From Podarcis bocagei (lineage: Eukaryota), in the NCBI GenBank assembly GCA_964188305.1, contig OZ076886.1: DNA of 64,000 nt. One strand, given 5' to 3'. The stretch's first letter is position 1. Each line of letters opens with the position of its first letter. Shown piece by piece: positions 11,316 through 24,265 of the stretch. A program made the translations under genes and the position numbers. The notes below the pieces were generated by a model. The model was not told where the DNA came from. It made no database searches and saw only the letters and a list, made by a program, of their open reading frames with translations.

Positions 11316-14300
11316 ATCTAAAGCCTACGCTTAAAAAGACAAGGAAGGAGGCAGATCAAACTAAGTTGTTGCACTAGCAAAAACCAGTGCAACCAGAGCT
11401 AGCGAAACAAGACTTTTCCTCCTTTCATCCCCCCCCCCTCTAAAACTGCTTTGGAGGGTCAGGAGAATCCCCTGGACAGTGAGGGGGGCAAGAGAGAAGA
11501 GATTGTTCCATGTGACAAGCAGAATTGCTTGCGGTGACAGAACACTCTTCTTAGCACGACACTGAATTCCACCCAAGGTTTGCAGCAGATTGGAGAAATC
11601 CCTTATTTTGTGTGATAAGCAGCTGCACACAAGTATCTTGCCACACACAAGACCACAGCGAGCAAAAAGGAATCCCTGTGATACCTGCTTCACTGCCACC
11701 ACCTCTATAGTATGTAGCTTTCCAGATAAAACATTTTTAAATGTTAAAATTTAGCCTAACACATCATATGTTTCTCTGGGGGAAAAAAAATCAAAAAATT
11801 TGAAATGCCCTACTCAAAATGCTGGTGTTGATTCTTCCAATAGTATAGTTACGGGGGAATGTCATATATTTACTAAACTGTCTACGACCTACTTTATGTT
11901 AAATGTGCTGACAGGTAAACTGAGCATAACCTCTGGCGCTTTCAGAGATTGCTCTTATGAACACTTTGCATGTTTCTGCACGCCAGTTCTTTCTAAAAAT
12001 GCTGATTCAATTACCAATATTACAGCTTATTAATTCATTCCCTAGGTAGTGGTTTGTTCAGGGATAAATGAATAAACAGTGTACCCAGTGTGTCCCATAA
12101 ATCTAAACAAAGCGAATTAATTAAAGAATAATAGTCAGGAGTCCCTTTACTTTTACCTAATGTATAGGAAACTAACTTTCCCATAAGAATGGGGAAAAAC
12201 GCAGCCCATTACGAATCTATGTATATTATATAGACATATTGGCATACATATACAAGGTAAAGCTTTACAATGCTATAATGCTACAAAGCTTTACAAATTA
12301 CCAAACAAATTATCACTCCTTTTCAAAAACAAAAGCTTCTCACTCTCACACAGTGCAAGCTGGCTACTGACAAGACCTATGAGCACCCCATAGTGAGAGA
12401 CATCAGCATGCTAGATGGATTTCTTATGGTTTTCTCAGTATTAAATACATAAACAGCCTGTAAAATTATTTTAGGGCCTTACACATCTTCTAATAGGATT
12501 TAATATGTTTTAGAGGTAGTCTTATACCTATTTAACAAAAAAGCTTACAACATGGTTAAGAACGTATCAGGGAAAAATATAAGAGATAAATCCTCTTGGC
12601 AAAGGCTGTAATCTTTCAAACTTAATTGCTGAACTCATTAATGAACAACTGCCACTACAAGAAGAAAAACTATTGTCAGTGACTTATCAGGCTATGAGAT
12701 AGCAAACTTAATTATATTGTTGTCAGTGGATTTACATTTACTTCCTTTAGGGCTTTAGTCATTCCGCAGCTGTATACATATTTTTTCCCTCCATACCTGA
12801 AAAGAAACCAGATGTGCCTTCAACTGTATTATATCTTTCATATTATAAAAGATCAGAAGCAAAAACTAAACACAGCTAAAAGAAGTTTTACCTTGTGTTA
12901 TCTACTTATGGAAGTTACACGCCTATAAATTAGGTAATTTATGAGTCATTCTAATAATTTGCTCACATTTGATCTGAGATTTAGCAAACATGATTTCCTA
13001 GCATGTAGAAGGATAATTTGCAGGTCCAGTTTAGCTCCTGAGGGGGCCTTAACTAATTTGACACTGTTTCATGACACTGATGGCAGGCACACACTAATGA
13101 CCACACTGCAAAGTGCTCCTGTCATCCTGTCGTCTCAGTGAAGAGCAAGTTTTCTTTTATTGCCAAAAAAAGCAAACAGTGATTTTACTAATTATTCAGA
13201 CAGGCTCTATAATGAGAATCCCACTGTTGACTTCTAGTATGCTAACTGCTGACTAAAAGAGCAGTCTCGCACTCACAGAATGCCGGGAGTGGAGACACAC
13301 CGCTGCTGCACCAACAGAACAGCCACCAGATCAATTGTTCTGAGGAACACAACCAGAAAATACAAAAGTGGTGTAACAATGGCAGACACCCCTGCCCGCC
13401 CACCCGTTTCCCTAGAAACACAACCACATCCCACGAAGCTAAGACTATGCTGGTTACAATGGCCATACACTGCCCACACCAGAGGCACCAACAAACACAC
13501 AACAACGTCAACACATGCAGTATGCAAGATGACAGTAGAGCTGCTCCTACTCCATCAGTCCTAGTGGCAAAGCCAGCAAGAAGCCTGCTACTGCCAGTCT
13601 AAAGTCATTCCTACAGGCAGAAGAAAGAGAAGAAAGAGAAGACATGTTAGTGGACACCCAAGGACAGCCACAAAACATACTCTAACAGCAGTAGCCTTCA
13701 GCCACTCCTTGTGAAGCAAGGCATGGGAGTTTCAACCCACAAGGAGGAAGAAGCAAATAGGACTCTCCTCTCCTCTTGGCATGCTGTGCAATGGGTAAAC
13801 GAGAAGAAGCTCCTGAGACTAGAACCCACACTTGCAGCTCCACAGTGCAGTTTCCTAACCGCCCAGCCACAGCAGCAGACATCATGGAGCACATGTCCTT
13901 CCCCTGCCTCAGCACCTGGTCATAGACACCAGGAGCACAGGGGCTGAAGGAGACAAACAAACTAGCTAGAGCAGCTCACCTTTAACATCATTCATTCATT
14001 CATTCATATCCCATACTTCTTCACAAGATATCAGGAGTGTGAACAACAAAACTGACTTTAAAATACAAATGCATTAAGTGAAAGAGCAGATAACAAAACA
14101 GGCTAACACCAACCATAAAACTACAGAGCTGAACAGTAATAATTTCCCCAGGGTTACATACACAATCAGATTTTAAGTCGGCACTGGAACAAGAATGCAC
14201 CTGGTCCCAGAGTTTGAATCCAAAGCATAACCCCATATTAAGAAAATAGAGAACCCCACCCCCACAGCACACTTCCAACACCACCAGGAAGAGCACGGTA

Positions 14301-15428
14301 TGGATCAATAACCCAGGCCCTACGTGGGACCACCTGCTGGAAGCCCATGTGGCCTGCCTACCACCACCCTTTTTGTTTAATAGGCTGGTCCAACATCCCA
14401 GCAGGACTCATTCCCATCTTCTCATTTTCACCTCTTTCCCCCTACTTCCAGCTGACTGCCTCGCACATCCTGGCAAGCAGCAAACATCCCAGTTGTGCTG
14501 GGCTGTATACAAGGTACCTGGTTTAGCAGGGAAGTTGGGCCACCCCCTCTGAGCTTGTAAAGCTCTCTGCCCACCTCCCTCTGATTCCCATTTTGAGACT
14601 TGTTGATGCCAGAGCATAGTAGACTGGGCTAAAGTGATCCATATCCACCAGTCCAAAGAATACACACACATAGTACATTCAAAGCCTTTACTGATGGGCA
14701 TCCAAAATAGTGTAGATTCTGAAAGGAAACTCATTGCCAACTAGTCACTTCAGTGCCTTGGGCTGTAGCTCAACAGACTGTCTCTCATGGCACCAGCTCT
14801 TTGCTGGAAACACATAATAAGTGTGTGTCATGGAGCTTGCAAAGGTACAGGAGTCTGTCCGGAGTAAGCTCATCAACAACCGCACAGGAGCATCCTGATC
14901 GCTGTTGCTGCGCTTCCAGCACAGTCTGCCACAGAACAGGTGAGCAATGGATCCTGCAGCTGTAGGAGAGCATCCTGTGAAGAGCAAGGCGAGACCCATA
15001 CGAGCAGTACATAGCCTGGCCCTGGAACATGAATTCACAGTAAGTGAGAGAAGGGGAACTGAGTGGTGCTAACTGAATGCTCAGCCAGTGCCTCATGTTC
15101 CCACCCAAACAGAACAGAGCTAGTCTGTAACAATATATACCCCGTCCACCGGGGGGGGGGGTAATGAAACTTGGTAGGCACAGTGACTTTAGGCTGCAAA
15201 GTGCATGTGATTATGAGAGTTTGTCCAATTGTGGAAATGGAGTGCCTGACCTTTGCCAAGACAGGGTTTACCTGTGTGCAGGGATGAGTGTCTCCCGTGT
15301 GGGTGAGACACTTCTCCCCAGATGTGGGGAGGTGTTGGAGGGGTGTTACAGCAATACATTACAGACGAAGCAGTCTTCATTTCTTAAGTATTATTATTCA
15401 TTGTATTTATAACCCAAAGGAGGTAGGG

Positions 15429-15679
15429 CATGGGTAGGCAAACTAAGGCCCGGGGCCCGGATCCGGCCCAATCGCCTTCTAAATCCTGCCCGCGGATGGT
15501 CCAGGAATCAGCGTGTTTTTACATGAGTAGAATGTGTCCTTTTATTTAAAATGCATCTCTGGGTTATTTGTGGGGCATAGGAATTCGTTCATTATTTTTT
15601 TCCAAAATATAGTCCGGCCCTTCACAAGGTCTGAGGGACAGTGGCCCGGCCCCCTGCTGAAAAAGTTTGCTGACCCCTG
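15429..15679. mobile_element. Non-autonomous hAT (family H2, opposite orientation, single internal unit)
   Basis: CATGGGTAGGCAAACT...AGTTTGCTGACCCCTG with exact TSD AGGTAGGG (15421-15428 / 15680-15687). Confidence 0.95.
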
Positions 15680-16878
15680 AGGTAGGGGGTAGCCATGGGA
15701 TACAGTTATAGCAATGATCCTTTATATAGCAAGATATCCCCCTTCGTGTGCTTACCTGTGCAAGGTGCTCTGTCCTGGGCTTCCAGGAATTCCAGCAGAA
15801 TGCAGTTGTGTATGTGTGTTTCAAGTTCCAAGGTCAGGTTTCTAGGTAGAATTTTTTTAGTACTGAAGTGTTGTGTGGCCAGAATGCTTTTGTGAAAAGT
15901 GCACAATTTTTGTGTGGAGAAAATGACATCCCCCCCCAAGTTCGCAATCACCAAAATTATTTCTTGAGAGCTCTGAAGTGTGGGCAGCATAACATGCCCT
16001 TTCATCTGAGTTGTGGCCTCCTTGTGCAAAGGTTAAAATGTTGGAGGTCATAGTGTGGTGTGATTGTGTGCTGTGCAACACTAATATCTGTCATAATGAT
16101 GAAGGCAGGTCTGTTGTCAAACCAGGAGTGGCTATTTTTAAATCCCTCCCCCCCCCACTGAAATCTATTGAAAGAAAATTATTTGCACCTAGCATGAGGC
16201 TGGTGTAAAACCGGTATGTCAAATGGAATTTGGCCATGGTCTGGAAAGGTATCGGATAGAGTGTAACTGTGCAGCTCCCCACACTACTGAAGATGTTCTC
16301 AGCTTTAGCCGCTAATCTTGCTAGCAGAACACCACAGCTGCGAACTGCTCTACAAAAGTATCTGGGTATCTTGCTAATGTATTTCATGGCAGCAGCATAG
16401 TGGGGCTTCCAATGAATCTTACAGCCACTTGGCCAGTAGAAAAATAGTTCCATCCAAGAGCAACTGGGGTTGATTGGACATTTTAATATGATGAAAGAAC
16501 ACAAGTTAGTCATGGCTAAAGAACATTACTTTTTTTTTAAATCCCCAGCTTGCATGTGGATAGAAGGGCAAATATTTCCATGATTTACCCTTCACTGACC
16601 TATTGTTTTTTCAATAGGTCTAAAGCTAAGAGCCTTGAGGCCGCAACCAAATAATATGTTGTTTATTAGGCAAGAAACCTTTTGTAGTCATCTCCTCAAG
16701 ACCTTCCCTGTAAGATCCCACAAGGTTTTGTTGCCTTAACGCTCCTTGTTCATATCAGTTCTATACCAAGAAGGTGCAGAAATTTGAAGCAATGTGATTG
16801 GTATATCAAACATAGCTGGAATAGCATCTTTCCTTTCCTGCTTTCATCTCCAAAGTGCTGTAAATCTGGTATTCCAAT

Positions 16879-16972
16879 AGACCTGTCTTGCCCAACCCTG
16901 TGCCCTCCAGGTGTTGAAATGATGGAAGTTGCAGTTCAAAACATCTGGAGGGCTCTAGATACAGGAGACCTG
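16879..16972. mobile_element. Degenerate, internally deleted H1-like hAT MITE
   Basis: Inverted arms gccctccaggtgtt...aacatctggagggc as in H1. Confidence 0.55.
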
Positions 16973-17019
16973 TCTTAGCCTACTAATGATGGCATACAGC
17001 ACAATCCTATATACATGTA

Positions 17020-17261
17020 CAGTGGTACCTCTGGTTATGAACTTAATTCGTTCCGGAGGTCCGTTCTTATCCTGAAATTGTTCTTAACATGAGGCGCCAT
17101 TGGCAAAAGCACACTTCCTGCTGCGAGCGCACCTGTGGCACGTGGTTTCTGCTCGCATCCCTGGGCAAAGTTCGCATCTGGGAGCAATTACTTCCAGGTT
17201 AGCGCAGCTCGTAACCCAACGTGTGCGCAACCAGAAGCGTTCATACCTAGAGGTACCACTG
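17020..17261. mobile_element. Tigger/pogo-type MITE nested in an older element
   Basis: TA|CAGTGGTACCTCT...AGAGGTACCACTG|TA. The flanks (gcacaatcctata... / ...ggcttacccccaagtaag) resemble the old palindromic family also seen at 47196-47860. Confidence 0.92.
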
Positions 17262-20200
17262 TAGCACTGTGTTCAGTAAGGCTTACCCCCAAGTAAGAGT
17301 ACTCAAGTATACTTGATTGTATCTAAGATTACAGACCAACTGGATACAATGAGCCAAGTGAAATTTGAAAAAGAGCTATAACTGATGGTGTTCCTCTCCT
17401 ACAAGTAATTTTGCTTAATAGGGAAGGGCTTTTTCTGGTTCCACCAGAATGCCTGGAACTTCCGACTGCGAAAGTAGCTAGCAGTGCTTTACAGCAACTA
17501 CAAACAATTGACTGTTTCAGATGTAACTGCCATTTTATCCCTTTGTTCCATTGAGGCTAGACTTCTCTAATGCTTCATAGGTACAGCTGACATTGATAAC
17601 CTGAAGCACAGTACCTAGTACAGAATGCAATTCCCCATCTTGTGACAAGAAGGGGCATTGGGAGATCATTAAATTAAATTTCCTTAGTCTGACTCAAGGC
17701 ACAGGTTTTGATCTCTAATGTCCTAAATTGCTTTGGCTCTACATAACTTGAAAGGCCATCCCCCCCCCTCTGTTCCACTTATGTTTAACCATACTGATGA
17801 CACTAATCGTATGCCAGGACTGAAGAGTGGTACAATACAGAAATATAGTCTCTGTGAAGTAAGTGGCTATGGTTGCAGGGTATCTTCAGAAGGTCACAAA
17901 GAAAAGTGGCATAAATATCAGATAATTTTGTCCATCGCAGCCCATATTTCCCACCGTAGTGAATTCTGTATTATGTAACATAGCCTATCGCAACAGTTAA
18001 GATTTAACTGGCTTTTTCTTTGGCAGAACCAAACTGCAAGCTAAACTAAATTATCTGGGATGCTGAACCATCATCTCACCCAAACATAACTGGAATCAAA
18101 TGAAGTAACAGGCCATTTGCAGAAGCACTAACCATGCTTTACCTGTTTGGTAGAACAACCGTCTCCAGGGTTGAGAATCTGGCATGTTTAATTCCTGACG
18201 TGCACAGATAAATATCAGCATATGGGTGTGGTTGTAATCAGAATGAATGTTACGCTTGTAATTCCCATGTTGTTATGGTTAATAGCATTCTGTGCCAAAA
18301 GGTGTGAAGGTTTGATAATTAAACCATGGGTGGGATGAAAAATAATATTGAAATGCCAATGAAACTATGCACAACTCAGACCCAACACAAATATTAGGAA
18401 TGATTTGTGGGATCTCAACTTCCTTATTTTCCATCCCACTTTAGTAGAAAGGTGGCTGATCACTTGCTCATGCCTCCAACGTGTAGATAATTCTGAATGC
18501 AGTTTTTATTATCTTGTAACCATAGAAATATATTGTAAGGTGAGATGTTCCCCACACAGTGTGATGACCACCACAATGTGGTGGGCAATCAGTCATCTTC
18601 CTCTCTTTATTCATGTCTGATATTTTTGTTACATCTAAAAATGGCATTATAACTTACCTTGTAGATGGCTGTGTATGTTGTTTTTGCATGTACTAGATTA
18701 GTGTCCGCTGACTGACTCAATCTAATAGATAGAATTCAAGTCCTCTAGGTCTTCCATGACCTGTTTGGCCTCTCTCTATCACTTTGGCTCCAAGGAGCCC
18801 TATACTGTCTAAAGATTCATTTTCACAGAATAATAGCCAGCTCAATGCATTATTTCCTGTCTTCAGGTTCCCTCATACTTCTTAGGCTGCTCCTGCACTG
18901 GAATCCCAGCTTTAGCTACCCTTCCTCTAGATCCACTGTGTCTTGTCTCCCAGACGCTTTGTCTTATTAAACTTCCAAGCAATCAGGTAAGGTTCCTCTA
19001 TGTCCCATCTCTGCCAAGACCACACAGTCCTTGGGCCCTATGAGCTTTTAATTTTAACCAAATTGACCTAACACGGTTGTCAACATCCTTTGGACAGATC
19101 ATGCCTTCTTCAGCATTTAGAATATTTGTGGACACTGTATTTTTAAACACTGCATGACATCACTGCAGCTCAACTTTTAGCTGTTTAAATGGTAAGGCTA
19201 GAGAAAGGGACTTCCTTCTTAATGTTATTAAAAAATACGGAACATGTCTGAACACCTTTAATGTTCAAGCATTTTATGGATAAACTGTGCATTAATTGCT
19301 GATAGGTAAGGAAGACAACATCCAGAATCGGGTCCCAACTTATATGAACAACTCAATACTGTACACAGACTATCCAGCTCATTTTTTGAAAGTCTGACAA
19401 TTTGGATCCTGATCTCCTTTCCTCCTTTTCTTTTCTGACTTTGTCTTTATCCTGGTCAATATAGCATGCACTGACTTTTCTTTACCTAAACAATATTATT
19501 AGCAATTAAGAATTAAGCACTCCCCAAACTGAGCATGGTAGATCAAAACAAAGCAGTCTGCAGTGCAGCTCACCTCTTTACCAGCTAATTACACTTTGCA
19601 AAGCTCACAGCTTAGCTCCTTCGCCAGCTAATCAACCTGCATTCTTTAACACAGCTGTGTTGCACATTGCTTTGCTTTGATTTTTATGTGTGCTGGCATG
19701 TTTGATGACCTCAGCTACCCCTCCCCCCTTTTCCTGTTACCCTCATTTGATACTTAAAGGCAGGTGGTTTTTAGCAGAATAATGCTATGTTACTCTTTTA
19801 GAAATACTCACTGAAGAAAGATGTATGACTTAACTACATTCACGAACGTATGAAAAAACACATAGCACAGGTCTGCAAAAGTGACTGAGAAGTTTTGCAA
19901 AATCTACAACACCCTGCATTTTAGAATTTCACTTATAATGAATTAGGATGGGAGGGGAAATAATTTCTCAAATTCCAAAGTGCCATTTAAAAGCTGTGAG
20001 ACAAAGGATGCTTTTTCTTTTCATATTTTAATTATTCATCAGGTACAGCATTGTTTTATTGTATTAAATGTTTGATGCGGAGGGGGGAAAGCTCATTCTT
20101 TAGAAGTATAATTTGGTCCTCAACTCAGTTATGTTCTTTTAACCATGTCAAAAGTGAATTCTCTTAGATCAGTGCATATGATATTCTTTGGAACAAAGTC

Positions 20201-21399
20201 ATTCTTTTGTAACTCAGTTTAACAGTGTTGTTTTCTTACAGTCAATTATTTAGGTGGCTCCGGAAAACAATGTATTATTATAGCTGTTGAGTCATATAGA
20301 TGTGGTCTCTGGGTAGTGTTACAATTCATTACCCTTTTCTCCATATGGTTGGCATTCTGTGAGAAAACAAATACTGCCAGAACTTAACCCTGCTATGATG
20401 AAAAGTTTGCAACTGCCGAACGACTTTTAATGTAAGCAGTGATAAACATTGCTATAAATACATTTGCCTCTAGATCCCCACATTATTAGACAAATATAAT
20501 TTAATAGCAGTAAATGAAATTAGAATAGGATGCCAACACCTCAGGCAGGGTGGCGCGACATTTAATTTATACAATTAAACACAAGGGTGGGGAAGCACAA
20601 AACAAACAATGCACGCTAGGATCAAGTATTACAACGTATGCTTTCCTTAATTTTCCAGTACCGCCTTCAGCTTCAATCAGCCAAAATATCACAGGTAGAA
20701 GACATTTAAAAGTGTTGCATACAGTCCACAGAAGCAGCTCAAGAAGCCTATATTAAGGATAGTCAGATGATGGTTTGAGTGTCACACAAGGTGCTCAGAG
20801 CAGTACAACTAAGTCTCCCTAGCAAAGAAAGAAGGGAAGTTCATTTAATGGAAGAGCTGCGTATTCTGGAAGCTAAGCAGTACTTGTGTAACTGCAGCCA
20901 AGCGCCTGAAGTTTCTTCCCCCGTCTCCTAGTTACTATGAGAAAGAATAAATGGTCCCGTTCTCATTTCCCTTACACAGGAGATCTCCAAACCCTGGAGA
21001 CCATTTCCTTTGGCCCCTGGTGGCCCTATCAAATTTAAATCAAAATGTGGTTAAAAACTCTTACATAAATAAGTTGCTTGTTTATATAGCAACATTATTT
21101 TACAGGGTGCTTTACCAAGTAATATGTTCAAAACAATAACAACCTATGTACCACTCTAAGGCGTTTATAACATAATTTTGACAGTTGGGGGGAAACTAAG
21201 GCAGGAGGAAGCAACGAGTCTCTGCATGTATTTCATACACATTTTATTTTATTGCTCTTTCAATGTCATTTTGAAAAGGCAACAAACCACCAACCCTGAC
21301 CATCTGCATCTGCAAGAAACACAGCTGTTGCCACGGTTGCTGCCTTTAGCCCTCCACCCCAGTTAATGACCACATACTATGCAAGCAAAAGTGTTCCAC

Positions 21400-21520
21400 A
21401 GATTGTATTCAACTCAGTTTTCCTCAAGAGTAAACCCACTGAAACTAGTAGACCTAAGTTGGTCATGTTCATTAACTTCAATGGGTTCACTGTTAGTAAA
21501 ATGTATTTGAATACCACCTT
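21400..21520. mobile_element. Old palindromic MITE-like element
   Basis: Inverted arms ttgtattcaa...aacccactgaaa / ttcaatgggtt...ttgaatac. Similar to the host element around 32539-32800. Confidence 0.55.
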
Positions 21521-21991
21521 ACGTTCCCCAGTCTCCTTCAGAAAGAAGGGAGATATATAAATTCAGCAAATAATAAAATAATTCAACTAATAAAGAGGTA
21601 GAAAAGCTAAACTGGCTTTCTGTATATCTCCAGGAACAATGGCTTGGGGCTGAAAGAACTCTGCTCCTATATGAACTTGTTGATGCTCAATACTGTATGG
21701 TGAAATCCTGAAGATTCAGTGGGTGATAACTGGGGAGCAGGGCAACACTCTAGTGGCACCCCATTGCGGTATGCCCTCCCAACACCTGTACATCAGGTTG
21801 CAACATTTCTGTTTTTCCAGTACCAGATAATTTAAAAAAAAAAATACTCCTCAGGCTTTCAACTTTACAGCTGCCATTTTTATACTCTGGTTTTTATTGG
21901 AGTTCCATCCCTTTCTCTGCTGCTGCAACAGATTTACCCCCCCCCCTTTTGGGTGCAAGTTTGGGTACTAATTAATTAATTCATTAAATTA

Positions 21992-22220
21992 CAGTTGTAC
22001 ATTGGAGGTCAAACAGAATCTGTTCCGGAAGCCCGTTCGACTTCCAAAATGTTCAGAAACCAAAGCACGGCTTCTGATTGGCTGCAGGAAGCTCCTGCAC
22101 CCAATCGGAAGGCTTGGAAGCCCCATCAGACGTTAAGCCAGAACAGTCACTTCTAGGTTTGTGGCGCTCGGGAGCCAAAACGTTCGAGAACTAAGCTGTT
22201 TGAAAACCAAGGTACTGCTG
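21992..22220. mobile_element. Tigger/pogo-type MITE (diverged TIRs)
   Basis: TA|CAGTTGTACATTGG...CCAAGGTACTGCTG|TA, with an internal palindrome cttctgattggctgcagg...cctgcacccaatcggaag. Confidence 0.85.
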
Positions 22221-23509
22221 TATATGGATTTTTTTCCTGCTTCTGCTAGAAAAAGTGGAGTTGTGTTTACATATCCATCATTACTAGCCCTTCATGATTA
22301 TCACAAGCCCATCCAGTTTCCCCTGGCGTCATGGAAATGATGGGGCATTTTGCTTTATAGAGTTAGGATTCAGAAAAGGTATGCGAATGGGGTCTTTCTT
22401 TGGCATATAACCCACACGTCAGTGTTTCAACATTACCATTATTATAAGTGAAGCTGCCAACCTTTTTCTGGCCCTGCTCCTATGCTTTTAACACAGCCTG
22501 GCAAGCAAAAATTAAGCATGTGAATTCCTCCATCACCACCAACCAAACTTGTCTTCTAAGTTTCTACAAACCATGCTGCTGTTAAAGACACAGAAGCAGA
22601 GCCATCAAAAAGATTAACTTATCTGTACTCATTTGGTGTCTACCTAAATTCTGGGTACCAAAAACTGGGTTAAATTCTGAATTTGAACAATAATAATAAA
22701 GCCAGTGTGAGGTGCACTTCAGAAATTATTTGCAAAAACTAGAAGGCTGTTTTAATATACCTTATAACTATGCTTGTAACTTCAAATTGCTAAATGACTT
22801 GGTTCTGCCGTCCACTGCAAATCACTTTTTAATCTAAACAGGATAACTTGTATATTGCCCTCAGAAGTATCATTACTGTGAAAAGGCAGGTGGAGTTTCT
22901 AAGTGCATATGGACAATTATTATAGCATGAAATTTGTGTGCCATATGGAAAAGGTATACAGTGGGTGAATACAATACCACTAAGATGTGAAAACTAGGAG
23001 GGCTGTCTTACGATCAGGCTAAAAATCACAATATCAAATCAATATCAAAGATATGGCAGAATTTCTCTTGCTGAGTTTATGTGAAACACAGACTAAGATT
23101 AAAATAGTAGACATACTCTATACTTGCAAAGGAACTGTTCTTTTTAACAGATAATTAGGTGTGCATTTTACGGAAACCACATGGAGGCCATTTGAGACAG
23201 CCTTGCCCTTTATAGATAAAGTCTTCTTATGAGGTGGAAAACTGGACTGTGTAAACAAAGTATCATCACAAAAATGAATGCGCAAATTAGAGCTCAGATC
23301 TAACCATGGTGCAGGTGTTTGAAACAGATTCCCTACAGGATAAAAATGCCAACGACAACAACAACTGCTCAGCACACTGGCTGCAAATGAAGAATGGCTC
23401 AGCCTGGTGACATGCAGAGTTTCTGTGCTGCTACTAGCTGTTTCAAGCAGCTTCTACATAAGGGGTCCTTTTTATCACATTTCTATCATGACCTTCTACT
23501 ATGGAGATT

Positions 23510-23635
23510 AGGGTTGTCTACTTTATCTTCGCCACATCCCTGTGAAGTAGCTTAAGCAGACTGCTTCTGTTTCAGGCCACAGCTATTGAGCAAGCTTGGC
23601 CAAATAAGAATTTGAATTTAGGTTACCCCAATCTA
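23510..23635 (-). mobile_element. Decayed MIR/Squam3-like SINE
   Basis: tttatcttcgccacatccctgtgaagtag...gaatttgaatttaggtt matches the copies at 33416 and 61975. Confidence 0.55.
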
Positions 23636-23750
23636 CATACAAGATCCTATCTGCTACTTCAGACTGGTGGAAAGATACAGGGCAACCTATACCAGTCCAT
23701 CTATTCCAGCATCCTGTTCTCACAGTGGCCAACCAGATGGCTACGTTAAT

Positions 23751-24160
23751 ACCACATAACACCGGTCCAAAAGACCTACACTGGCTCCCAGTATGTTTCC
23801 GATCACAATTCAACCTGTTGGTGCTGACCTTTAAAGCCCTAAACGGCCTCGGTCCAGTATATCTGAAGGAGCGTCTCCACCCCCATTGTTCTGCCCGGAC
23901 ACTGAGGTCCAGTGCCGAGGGCCTTCTGGCGGTTCCCTCCCTGCGAGAAGCGAAGTTACAGGGAACCAGGCAGAGGGCCTTCTTGGTAGTGGTGCCCGCC
24001 CTGTGGAACGCCCTTCCATCAGATGTCAAGGGAAAAAATCAACCCTCTGACTTTTAGAAGACATCTGAAGGCAACCCTGCTTAGGGGAGGTTTTTAATGA
24101 TTGGTGTTTTAATGTATTTTTAATCTTTTGTTGGAAGCCGCCCAGAGTGGCTGGGGAAAC
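23751..24160 (+). mobile_element. L2 LINE 3' fragment (ORF2 C-terminus + UTR), probably inside a CR1 remnant
   Basis: DLHWLPVCFRSQFNLLVLTFKALNGLGPVYLKERL...RTLRSS...RQRAFLVVVPALWNALP is the canonical L2 ORF2 end. The flanks ccagcatcctgttctcacagtggccaaccagatg / ccagcaactgatattcagaggca resemble a minus-strand CR1 3' region. Confidence 0.93.
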
Positions 24161-24204
24161 CTCCCCTTACACTCCTCCAGCAACTGATATTCAGAGGCAC
24201 ACCA

Positions 24205-24205
<1 letters not shown>

Positions 24206-24263
<58 letters not shown>
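24206..24263. repeat. (TTA)n microsatellite, likely the tail of a minus-strand retroposon
   Basis: Direct reading; followed by atatacctccctatacccacaggtctcagggaggc, a retroposon-like 3' end on the minus strand. Confidence 0.9.

Positions 24264-24265
<2 letters not shown>

Noticed and set aside
18658-18721. Minus-strand exon ending at AAG|gtaagt
   Set aside because: Weak acceptor, no recognisable peptide, and the neighbouring sequence looks like decayed TE.
23583-24057. 148-aa and 110-aa ORFs as host genes
   Set aside because: They are a fragment of L2 ORF2 and its antisense shadow.
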